A DNA stretch of 58,474 bases, counting the filler, from Squatina squatina (lineage: Eukaryota): the NCBI GenBank assembly GCA_031763465.1. It is 3 parts of 3 records of this genome, joined end to end, with 100 filler letters (N's around TTAATTAATTAA, not from the genome) between each part and the next. Parts side by side here need not be neighbours in the genome. Positions count along the whole stretch, not along the records: positions 1 to 13,711 come from JARFOE010000115.1; 2 more parts are not named here. The stretch is one strand, 5' to 3'. The notes under the pieces were generated by a model that did no database searches, had not been told where the DNA came from, and worked only from the letters and a program-made list of their open reading frames with translations. Below are positions 1-10,097 of this stretch, one piece after another. How positions within the stretch are numbered: the stretch's first letter is position 1; every line of letters starts with the position of its first letter. The translations under genes and the position numbers were made by a program.

Positions 1-1099
1 TAGTGATGAAATGGTAGTGTAATTCATACATTGGAAAATAAACGATCTGCTCGTACAGTGTTGGATTTCATTAGGCTTTAATCCTTACTTACTGTTGTCT
101 TAATCCCTGCTTTTTTCACTTTCTTAAATCCCTCAGATCATTATTCATTCAAGTCACGCTGCTGTTACATTATAATAAGATGTCTATGACTAACATCAAG
201 CTCCTATGCTCAGCAGCAGCGGTTGTTGCACTGCTGTCCACTTTATGATTGACAGCACTACACACATTAAATATCCTAAAGGTCCCAATAGGCAGCACTG
301 GAACACTTGAACCACTGTCCCTGCAGTGGAAAGTCAAACGACACACTGGCTTTTGTGCCAAATAGAGCTCTGGAAACAGTGGAGGGAAATTTCCTTCCAT
401 CACCGCATCTTGGCGACATTGTAAGCACAGTGCAAAGATTTTCTCTGATCACCATATCGTTGTGACAGCCTGACCAGCATTCATCTCACTTAGAAAATAA
501 GATGTAACAATCAATACCCTGAGCTCCATCATTCTTTTCAAATATGGAGTGACTGCTGCCAACGAACGGAAGCTGCGCAGAAGCGTCCTGCGCATAAATC
601 TGTGGCTGTTTACTGAATGTCCAATAATATAGTCAAATCGCATGTCTAAATCTATGGACTATGGGATGGGTTAATAAAGTATAATAATAGCACGGGTTGG
701 TTCAAGTATTAATGTATGATATTCTAGCAGGGGGAGGATTGCGGAGATTTATTTGTACAGAGCACAAGAAGGGAAAGGAGAAGAAAATCAGTAAAAATAA
801 GAAAATTAATAAAAATGGACGTTTACTGTGTTTTGCTGGGGCAGATTTTCTTTTCCTGACGTGGCTCCGTTCGGCAGTGGCAATCTCTTTCCCCCAGCCC
901 CTCCCCTCGTCCCTAAGTTCCAGTCCTACACAAGTTCCACTGCGATGATTCTGAGTGCTGCATACAGTCGGCCGGAATTTCTGTACCCTTGATCTTTGTG
1001 CAAACAGTCTGTGAGAATTACTTCACAGCACGAATTGCAGGAGCATCACTGAGGGGAGAAAAGAGTTTGATCCATGCTGATTTGTGTCAATCACATCCG

Positions 1100-1265
1100 A
1101 CATGCAGACTGGCCAAAATAATACAGACAGTTAATGTGTGGGGGCTGGATAGCCACTCTCCCACAGTTGAATAGCTACTGACATGCATCATCAAGAATGC
1201 CACTTTGGTGAGTTGCTGCCCGTGGAACCATCGAAGAATCGGAGGAGAATATAGGAGAAAATTGT
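1100..1265 (+). mobile_element. Degenerate 3' part of an ancient tRNA-derived SINE (AmnSINE2-like family, several copies in window)
   Basis: Shares GAATAGC...AAGAATGCCACTTTGGTGAG...CCCGTGGAACCAT...GGAGAAAATTG with the copies at 28421, 35550 and 52325. Boundaries approximate; family name recalled. Confidence 0.4.
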
Positions 1266-1734
1266 TAAAAAAATAAAAAAAAATCTTGAAACTGAATTAA
1301 GAAATAGTTTTGCAATATACTTTCCGATATCTGGAAATTACTGTCATTTTTAAAAAGTCATGTAAGCAGTTCAATAATATCTTGAAAATAATTAAGTACA
1401 TCATAAAATTAATTCAGGTTCCAGATACTCGGGCTGACATTTTGATATATCTAAGTACAAGCCCATGGGATTGTAACTGCCCGCACAAAGTAATTATTTG
1501 AGATGAAACTGGTAATAACAGCAGTTAATTACATGTAGTGTTTAAATTAGTTTGAAACAGCAAGTTTGAAGATGGTCTAAATTTTACTAATAAAATCTAT
1601 CACTTCAAAGCTTGCAACAAAAGAATGACAAAAAATATGCTGAATAAAACAATATATTTATTACTGTAGAATTACAAACAACCATGCAGTGATCTAATGC
1701 TCAAATATTCATGGCTGGAAACAACGGTGTAATT

Positions 1735-2004
1735 TTTAGAAAAGAGAAGATTGAGGGGCAACCTGATCGAGGTCTTAAAGTTTATGTTTGGGTTTGATAG
1801 GGTAGATATAGAAAAAATGCTTCCACTTGTGGTGGAGTCCAGAACTAGGGTTGTAAATATAAGATAATCACTGATAATTCCAATAGGGAAAGAGAAACAT
1901 CTTTACCCAGAGAGTGGTAAGAATATGGAACTCACTATCACAGGGAGTAGTTGAGGCAAATAATATGGATGAAGTAGGGGTAGGAGAAGGCTCGTGTGGA
2001 GCAT
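1735..2004 (+). mobile_element. Old CR1 LINE 3' fragment (ORF2 C-terminus and 3' UTR)
   Basis: Reads LEKRRLRGNLIEVLKFMFGFDRVD...FTQRVVRIWNSL, the CR1 ORF2 C-terminal signature, followed by a GGCTCGTGTGGAGCAT 3' UTR motif. Abuts the younger CR1 at ~2005. Confidence 0.8.
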
Positions 2005-2625
2005 AGGTAGATAAGGTAGTGAAGAAGGCATACGGAATGCTCTCCTTTATTTGCCGAGGTATAGAATACAAAAGCAGGGATGTAACGATGGAACTGTATA
2101 AAACGATGGTAAGGCCACAGCAGGAGTATTGTGCACAGTTCTGGTCACCGCACAGTTCTGGTCAGGAAGGACGTAATTGCTCTGGGGAGAGTTCAGAGAA
2201 GATTTACAAGAATCTTACCAGGGCTCGGGAATTGCAGCTACGAGGAGATTGGATCGGCTGGGGTTGTTTTCCTTGGAACAGAGGAGGCTAAGGGGTGCCT
2301 TGATTGAGGTGTACAAAATTATGAGAGGTCGAGATAGAGTAAACAGGAAGAACCTGTTTCCCCCAGCGGAGAGTTCAAGAACCAGAGGATATAGATTTAA
2401 GCTGATTGGGAGAAGGATTAGAGGGGACATGAGGAATAACTTTTTTACCCAGGGAGTGGTGGGTATCTGGAATTCGCTGCCTGAATTGGTGGTGGAAGCA
2501 GAAACACTCAACTCTTTTGAAAGATACCTGGACCTGCACCTAAAGTGCCGTAAGCTGCAGGGCTACGGACCGGGTGCTGGAAGGTGGGATTAGAATGGGT
2601 ACCTAGTTGTTCTTCAAGCCGGCAC
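2005..2625 (+). mobile_element. CR1 LINE, 5'-truncated, frameshifted ORF2 C-terminus
   Basis: ORFs 2019-2291 (KAYGMLSFICRGIEYKSRDV..LYKTMVRP..EYCAQFWSP) and 2177-2593 (RLGLFSLEQRRLRGALIEVYKIM..FFTQGVVGIWNSLP..GYGPGAGRWD*) are typical CR1 ORF2 end. Runs into an N-gap. Confidence 0.92.
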
Positions 2626-3052
2626 NNNNNNNNNNNNNNNNNNNNNNNNNNNNNNNNNNNNNNNNNNNNNNNNNNNNNNNNNNNNNNNNNNNNNNNNNNN
2701 NNNNNNNNNNNNNNNNNNNNNNNNNNNNNNNNNNNNNNNNNNNNNNNNNNNNNNNNNNNNNNNNNNNNNNNNNNNNNNNNNNNNNNNNNNNNNNNNNNNN
2801 NNNNNNNNNNNNNNNNNNNNNNNNNNNNNNNNNNNNNNNNNNNNNNNNNNNNNNNNNNNNNNNNNNNNNNNNNNNNNNNNNNNNNNNNNNNNNNNNNNNN
2901 NNNNNNNNNNNNNNNNNNNNNNNNNNNNNNNNNNNNNNNNNNNNNNNNNNNNNNNNNNNNNNNNNNNNNNNNNNNNNNNNNNNNNNNNNNNNNNNNNNNN
3001 NNNNNNNNNNNNNNNNNNNNNNNNNNNNNNNNNNNNNNNNNNNNNNNNNNNN

Positions 3053-3327
3053 ATTAAATCAAATCAAGCCCACTAATTACACAAAATTAAATGATATTAA
3101 TTACTTAAGGGCTCTTCGCACTCCCCGCTGCACAATAGAGACCTTAGAAACTATAACCGCAAACTAAAGACCTTCTAAACCTTGTCCACTATTAACCTTA
3201 ACTGTCAAGCCACATAGTATAAATACTCACCAGATGGTACTCACCAATCAGCTGCCTCCTCTTGCCCACGTCACTTTTTGAAACGTGACGTAGCTGTGGA
3301 ACGCTGATCTCTGTCTGTGAGAGGGGC
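3053..3327 (-). mobile_element. Probable CR1 5' UTR segment
   Basis: Minus strand has AAAAAGTGACGTG..CTGATTGGTGAGTA..GGTGAGTATTT, resembling recalled shark CR1 5' UTRs. Contiguous with the monomer repeats and the CR1 ORF1 fragment. Confidence 0.45.
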
Positions 3328-3525
3328 CAAACCAAGCCCGCGCTTTTATACTCCCCAGCAGCTCCCGACTCTGCTCACCTCCGACTAGGCCTGCAAACAA
3401 ACAAAGCCCGCGCTTTTATACTCACAGGCAGCTCCCGACCCTGCTTACCTCCGACTGGGCCTGTAAACAAACAAAGCCCACGCTTTTATACTCACCGGCA
3501 GCTCCCGACTTTGTTCATCTCCCCC
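3328..3525 (-). repeat. 70-bp tandem monomers (~2.7 copies), each with TATAAAAG on the minus strand
   Basis: AAGCCC(G/A)CGCTTTTATACTC starts at 3334, 3404 and 3474 (period exactly 70). Confidence 0.9.
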
Positions 3526-3780
3526 AACAATATCCAAAACGGTATATCTGTTAGAGAGAGGGATGGCCACAGGGGATTCCTGCACTTCCTGCCTTCCTCT
3601 ACTCTGCCTGGCGGTCACCCATTCTCTTCCTGTGCACTCTTTACCTGCGGTGTGACCACATCACTAAACATGTTATCCACATACATCTCAGCATCGTGGA
3701 TGCTCCACAGTGAATCCATCTGCAGCTCTAGCTCCGCAATGCAGTTTTTCAGTAGCTGCAGCTGGATACACTTCCTGCAC
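3515..3780 (-). mobile_element. CR1 ORF1 fragment (CxxC, coiled coil, PLSNRY motif), one frameshift
   Basis: Manual translation of the minus strand: CRKCIQLQLLKNCIAELELQMDSLWSIHDAEMYVDNMFSDVVTPQVK / WVTARQSRGRQEVQESPVAIPLSNRYTVLDIVGGD. Confidence 0.8.
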
Positions 3781-3948
3781 CCTGTGTTCCTCTACATTTC
3801 TCAGTATCCTATCATTTATTGTGTATTCCCTTGCCTTGTTAGACCTCCCTAAATGCATTACCTCACACTTCTCCGGATTGAATTCCATTTGCCACTTTTC
3901 TGACCAGTCCATTGATATCTTCCTGCAGTCTACAGCTTTCTTCTTCAA
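3781..3948 (-). mobile_element. CR1 ORF2 reverse-transcriptase fragment
   Basis: ORF 3688-3948(-) contains DWSEKWQMEFNPEKCEVMHLGRSNKAREYTINDRILRNVEEHR, the CR1 RT segment downstream of the FADD motif. Confidence 0.88.
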
Positions 3949-5002
3949 TATCAGTCAGATTTCCTATTTGCATTAAATGTCATGCTATATTAGGAGCTGG
4001 TTGTTAAGTGTTTCTAAGAGGCAACTTGATGAATTGGAAAATACAGCAACTTCCAGTTCACTTTTAGTTGCCACTCAGTTCCAGTGGAAATTGCCACATT
4101 CTTATAACTGATTCAAAGTGTTTCAAAAGCTCTCCAATTCAAAGAATGTGCTGCCTTCCTTTTTCTCGTGCGGTTGGCTGTATGCTTTACGGCACAATGT
4201 TCTGAGATGGTTTCCTGCAGTTGAACTGGAACTGACCGCTTAAGAACATCTAAAATTGCAGCATTCCCAACGCTCAGCAGTTCCTGAAGGACGTCCGAAT
4301 ATTGTGTCCAAGCAGGAGTCTTGGGTCAATGCCGAAGCAGTGCTGGAGGAGCTGGGGATGACCCCCCTTGAGACCTCCGCTACTATACTACATTGGCCAC
4401 CTTTGAGAATCACAAGTGTTGGCAATGCTGAAATTATAATTAAAGGATTTAGTCAATGTGCAGGCAGAGATTAAGCACCTTGCAACTGGCGGTATTGATT
4501 TCCATTGATCTGTGAAGCACAATCCACTGCTTGAATGAGAAAAGAATGGCATTGTAAGTCTCCTCTACAAGAGAACAGTGATTTCATTATAACACCAGTT
4601 TAACTTGTTTTAGTCGCATGATAAGTGAATTTAATTTTTTTCTCTTGCAATAAAAACTGTATGTGACATTTTTAAGTCACCTTGCGTTTTTACCCCCTTA
4701 AAGAAATAACTTAAAAATGAATGGAAATATTATCTGTGGGCAGCTTCCCTGAAAACCACAGCGGGTATTTGTGAAGTTGTCTTTGCTTCTATCATTTTTA
4801 CAGATATTTAAGTGGTATTCACTTCCTAATCTCACTTCATTTTTGAATCTGCCGGTCACCAAGCACTGTCTGTAGACACTAGTTCGGGGAGAGGAATTGT
4901 TCNNNNNNNNNNNNNNNNNNNNNNNNNNNNNNNNNNNNNNNNNNNNNNNNNNNNNNNNNNNNNNNNNNNNNNNNNNNNNNNNNNNNNNNNNNNNNNNNNN
5001 NN

Positions 5003-5165
5003 ACGCTCATCCCTGCCACTCGTCTCATCAAGTATCACCTGCCCCACCTGCGGCCGTGTCTGCGGTTCCCGCATTGGACCATTTAGCCACCTCAGAACCC
5101 ACAACTCCGGAGTGGAAGCAAGTCATCCTCGAACCCGAACGACTGCCTAAGAAGAAGAAGAAGAC
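5003..5165 (+). mobile_element. RTE-clade LINE 3' end
   Basis: Translates ITCPTCGRVCGSRIGPFSHLRTH..TA* (RTE C-terminal C2H2-like finger), then an (AAG)n tail. Second copy at 18237. Confidence 0.8.
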
Positions 5166-5643
5166 TGCACCAGTGGAGAATTCTCAGTACTTGTGCCAAA
5201 TTGTGGTTATTTGCAGCAGAGCAGGTATAACCACCACCATTGGAGATGACTTAATTTTGTATTCACTGACATTTACAACCTTGGCTTAAGAAGGAGGGAA
5301 ATATCCTTTAGTTTCCAGCATGTGGTGTAAGATGTCACAAGTAGGTACACCACTATCTGGCCATAACATGAAAATATGCTTGAGCATCTTCTTCAGCCAC
5401 AGTTCCATTTTGATCTGTCTGATGCAACATTATAACACAAGCAGTGGAATCACCTCCCTGCATTTCCCTTCCCTTTGCACAATTTGAAGTATGCTACCGC
5501 CACATCCTACCTACATACGTTGCACAAAACCTAGGCTTACATATCGTCACAAAATATCTTAGGTCTGAGACAGAAACCGTAAAGCATGGGTCTCGGAGAG
5601 CAGGAGCATAACTACTTCGTTGTAGAACCAGTGACAAAAAGGT

Positions 5644-5825
5644 CCCATCTGCTGATGTAGTATTAGTCTGCAATCAACACACATCCCATCTGGTGGTGCA
5701 GTCTAAATTGGCATAAATATATATCCCATCTGGTGGTGTGGTACTAAACTGAAATGAACACATACTCCACCTGTTATTACAGTATTTAACTGGTGTAAAT
5801 GTTTACCCCATTTTCCTCTGTGGAA
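5644..5825. repeat. Decayed ~40-bp minisatellite, ~4.5 units
   Basis: CCCATCTG(C/G)TG-type unit starts at 5644, 5685, 5725, 5765 and 5806. Confidence 0.7.
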
Positions 5826-6389
5826 TGGTACGTGATTGTGTCTGATAAAGAGTGGCATGAGCTTCTCAGTGCATCTGCTGCCAAGGTGCGAACTGCTAAG
5901 GTATGGAGTGTAAATAGTCTGTCCATTTCACCATCTCACTCTCAAAATGCAGTAATATTATTTGTCACACTTCTGATGCATGTTAAACCGCCTTGGGGAT
6001 ATCATGAAGCACACGTTAAACTTTAACAGTCCGCTGTTGGGAGCAATATAAATGGAGCTGCTTCTATTGACTTTCATCAGTTCAGCCCAGGGTGATTGTA
6101 GCTGCGTCATTCGAGGCACTAGCCTAAATGTTGTGTGTGTTGTGTCTGCATATCTGTGTTAAAGTGTGTCTCTCACATACATTCACTCACTCACTCTCTC
6201 TATCTCCAAATATGTATCAAAAATATATATGCAGCTACATGGATACGCAGAGAACCAAATACCTGATTAAGTGTATGCCAGTATTTTTCTCCACATGAGC
6301 TACCTCACCTAATCCCATTTTCCTGCTCGCTCTTCATCGTCTTGAATATTCCACTGTGATCTTTGTGCTTTATCCCTTGTCCTTCGTAA

Positions 6390-6543
6390 CCAATCTGCAG
6401 CTTTGACACAAACCACAAACACCTCTCTTCCATTGTCCAGCTCAATGAGACTGCCCTTGCTTGGTTCTACTCTTGCCAATCCAATCTCCAGCAATGGCCT
6501 CACTTCTCACCCCACACCATTATTCTGGAGTCACCCGAGGATC
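6390..6543 (+). mobile_element. Degenerate L2-clade LINE RT fragment
   Basis: Remnants of SAAFDT..H, LSSIVQL..TALAWF.S and SGV(P)xGS motifs, with indels. Confidence 0.65.
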
Positions 6544-6618
6544 GGGTGACCAGACCTTCCAGTTTTGCCGGGACAGTCTCAACACTTAACTCAAAAGTGC
6601 TCAAATGTCCCGGTTTTT
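6544..6618 (+). mobile_element. Left end of a hAT (Blackjack/MER81-like) MITE, truncated by gap
   Basis: GGGTGACCAGA..GTTTTGCCGGGACA..GCTCAAATGTCC matches the left end of the intact copy at 15201. Confidence 0.75.
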
Positions 6619-8480
6619 NNNNNNNNNNNNNNNNNNNNNNNNNNNNNNNNNNNNNNNNNNNNNNNNNNNNNNNNNNNNNNNNNNNNNNNNNNNNNNNNNN
6701 NNNNNNNNNNNNNNNNNNATCAATTGTTCCAGCCTATTTTTGTAAAGCAAAGGTTAAGTTTTCTGATGGATTAGCCATTTGGGTTATGCACTTTGTTTGA
6801 AAACTTGCATTCTTCAACACTGTGCTTATCTACAAAATGAAACATTCATTGTCAAGTAAAGGATCCATAACTTGTATGAACAACATGTGTGTGTTCATTG
6901 ATACCACGCACACCCAAAATGGGAAGCAGTTTAAGTTTAATTTGAAGTGCGCCTGCACCGAGGTCCAATTTAACGTGGTATACGTGATAGACTTTCAACT
7001 GAACGGACAAACAGAATTCAATAGAAATGTTTCCATTTAAAAAAAGACCAGCATTGTCACCTTACTACAATTTAAATGAAACTATATAACATAGAAATTT
7101 TATACAGGGCAGATTTCTCTGTCACAATATAGAGAAATATAATCCAAGAAGGAAATTCTGAATGTGTTATTGATTAATATCTGATCCGGAAACATTTGTG
7201 TAATTTTGAAAATATATTAAAACATTTACCATTTATATAATCCTTCGTTTACTCCCAGTTATCACTGAATAAGTCCTCTGTTATGTAATAATAACAACCA
7301 AAATTAAATAGGATTTGAGACCTGTGACATTTATGATGGACCTTAATCAACAAATGAATGATGCTTGAGTTCCCCATAGCTCATTTACTTTCAATTCACT
7401 GCATGGATAATTGTCTTTAACAAGATGTAGATCTAATTTTGAGCTGATGTTGTTCAGTCCTATTAGGCCTGGTGGCGAGATTCTGTAGCACAATCAGTAC
7501 AGATTAGCATAAAAGAATTGAAGTAAGTTTATTAACATTCCATGCGATCCTATTCAGATAACTTATATCATCTATCAATAACTGTCTTTTTATTAGTACC
7601 GGAAAGTGATGTGAACTGCTTTAGGCTGTGTCTCTGGTTCTGCACACTGTGCCTTCACACTAGCCTCATAAACATTTGTTTTGATCGCAAAGACCTGTTT
7701 GTTGCTTCACCTAATGATTTTGTACCGTTGCTGGTCTTTTTTACAGTACAGACGTGACCACTTCTGTCAACATATCTCGCGTCTCAGGGAGGCGTAGATA
7801 TTTTGTTGATGGGAACTGTTTTACGTAGTTCCGTTCCTTGTAATGTGTTTAAGTGCCCAAATAAAATGGGAGAGTATTCATCATGATTGCAAAGGCTTTT
7901 TTGATAAATTGAAGCTTGCAGTTAAGTGCAATTTGAATTAATGAGTTTTCACTGTAATTAGAATTAAGTGAATGCCATTTTGAGTAAAAATGCTTTTGTA
8001 ATGTCTAGTGCTTTCTGTGGTGCTTTGATTTGCAGTCATTTTCATTGTAATTAGCAATCTAAAAAAAAATGAAAAGCTGGTTTATTTTTAAAGTGCCACA
8101 TTGCACATTGTTGATTGCAGATTAAACTTACAGAACATCCCGTGCCTGATTGCTAGAAAGTTCTTTGTATTTGCTGCTGGGACATAACAGTTGGCATTAT
8201 CCACTTGCACTTTGGGATATGTGTGTCCAGGCTGCCTCTGTCCAATATCAAATAGCGCACTGTGGCCCTCAACAGCTTAATTCTGACACAGTTAACTTCT
8301 GCTCAGCAGATTGATAATGTAGCTGTTGAGTCATAACGAGGTTACAAGCAGGGATGGTTTCCTATTGCCTGAAAAACCCACACTGGAGCTGCCGGCTTCC
8401 AATGGGCAGATTCTATGCAGTAGTTGTCAACCACAATGTCAACATACGGATTTGTTCAGATCACTGGGGATGACCCAGTA

Positions 8481-8778
8481 AACAACAGCAACAACAATAA
8501 CTTGCATTTATATAGCACATTTAACAGCAACAACTTGTATTTATATAGCGCCTTTAATGTACTAAAACATCCCAAGGCGCTTCACAGGAGTATTATGAGA
8601 CAAAACAATTTGACACCGAGCCACATAAGGAGAAACTAGGGCAGGTGACCAAAAGCTTGGTCTAACAGGTAGGTTTTAAGGCAGGGAATTCCAGAGCTTA
8701 GGCAAAGAAGGCACAGCCACCAGTGGTTGAGCAATTATAATCAGGGATGCTCAAGAGGGCAGAATTGGAGGAGCACAG
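8481..8778 (-). mobile_element. L2-clade LINE 3' end with duplicated terminus and (TTG)n-like tail
   Basis: Reverse complement ends AAAGGCGCTATATAAATACAAGTTGTTG, with a second copy of the terminal ~35 bp. The internal part matches the reverse complement of 29190-29290. Confidence 0.8.
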
Positions 8779-9622
8779 NNNNNNNNNNNNNNNNNNNNNN
8801 NNNNNNNNNNNNNNNNNNNNNNNNNNNNNNNNNNNNNNNNNNNNNNNNNNNNNNNNNNNNNNNNNNNNNNNNNNNNNNATTCTGTCCATAGCTTTAACAT
8901 TTTTCCCTGTTCAGATCATTGTTACAGTGTGACAATAATCAGAGCGCATGGTGATGAATTTCCCAGGTTAGCCACCCTCACAGTGCTGATTAAATGTCTT
9001 TTCTTTACAGTATTTATTTATTTCAGATTCTAATCTCAAATTGTTGCTGGCACAATGTTAATTAAACAGTCTGGTTTCAGTTAGTGCTGCTTGATAGTTT
9101 AGCTAAAAAAGGTTGTAAATGCCTTTGTGGATTGCAATTATTTACCTGCAGCATGTTGGAAAAAGATTGATGTCATCTTGCTCCCATTTTCATCGAAGGA
9201 CACATATAATCCACGTGTGTATGTTTTTATTTTTCCTCGCTATTTACCCTTTTGTGTCCATGATGCTGTTTCTACCTTCAGTCGTGTTCTGGGGACTGAC
9301 TTCTCTATGGCCATAATCATAATTAGGTGACAGATGCATTTGCTGTGGAGCTGCTGCCAGTTTTTGCCTTTTAATTTCCCCGTCCCCCAAGATGTCGCCC
9401 CCTGCCATCAAAAAGTGCTCCAGCTGTAGCAGCTCAGCAAGCAACGCTGACCAAAGCCATGTCTTTTGCTGAGTCCGGATTTCCATCAAGGCAAGGTTTG
9501 AAACTTCTTGAGTCGAAGGGTCTAGCACTCTATTGCTACATACAACTCCCACCTTCATTATATCAAATTATTTGCCATTTTGTTCTCATATATATGATTA
9601 ATTCCTGTTTTGAAACTCCTGG

Positions 9623-10097
9623 ATGGTTCCTGGGATGAGAAGGTTTTCCTATGAGGAGAGATTGAGTGAACTAGACCTATATTCTCTGGAGTTTAGAAGA
9701 ATGAGAGGCGATCTCATTAAAACATGTAAAATTCTTCGAGGGCTTGACCGGGTAGATGCTGAGAGGCTGTTTCCCCTGGCTAGAGAGTCTAGAACTAGGG
9801 GTCATAGTCTCAGGATAAGGGGTCGGCCATTGAGGACTGAGATGAGGAGAAATTTCTTCACTCAGTGGCTTGTAAATCTTTGGAATTCTCTACCCCAGAG
9901 CGCTGTGGATGCTCAGTCGTTGAGTATATTCAAGACTGAGATCGATAAATTTGTAGACACTAAGGGAATCAAGGAATATGGGGATAGTGCAGGAAAGTGG
10001 AGTTGAGGTCGAAGATCAGCCATGATCTTACTGAATGGCAGAGCAGGCTCAAGGGGTCAAATAGTCTATTCCTGCTCCTATTTGTTATGTCCTCATG
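9623..10097 (+). mobile_element. CR1 LINE 3' end (ORF2 C-terminus and 3' UTR)
   Basis: ORF 9623-10006 (SYEERLSELDLYSLEFRRMRGDLI..RTRGHSLRI..FFTQ..VNLWNSLP), then the conserved GAATGGCAGAGCAGGCTC..TCCTGCTCCTATT tail. Confidence 0.92.

Noticed and set aside
292-426. 129-nt open segment ending in GTAAGC
   Set aside because: No pyrimidine tract at the acceptor, and the peptide is not recognised.
2584-3167. Long X-rich ORFs here and at other gaps
   Set aside because: Artefacts of translating through N runs.
4256-4474. 72-aa ORF with coding-like composition
   Set aside because: No recognisable domain and no convincing splice donor; cannot be supported without a search.
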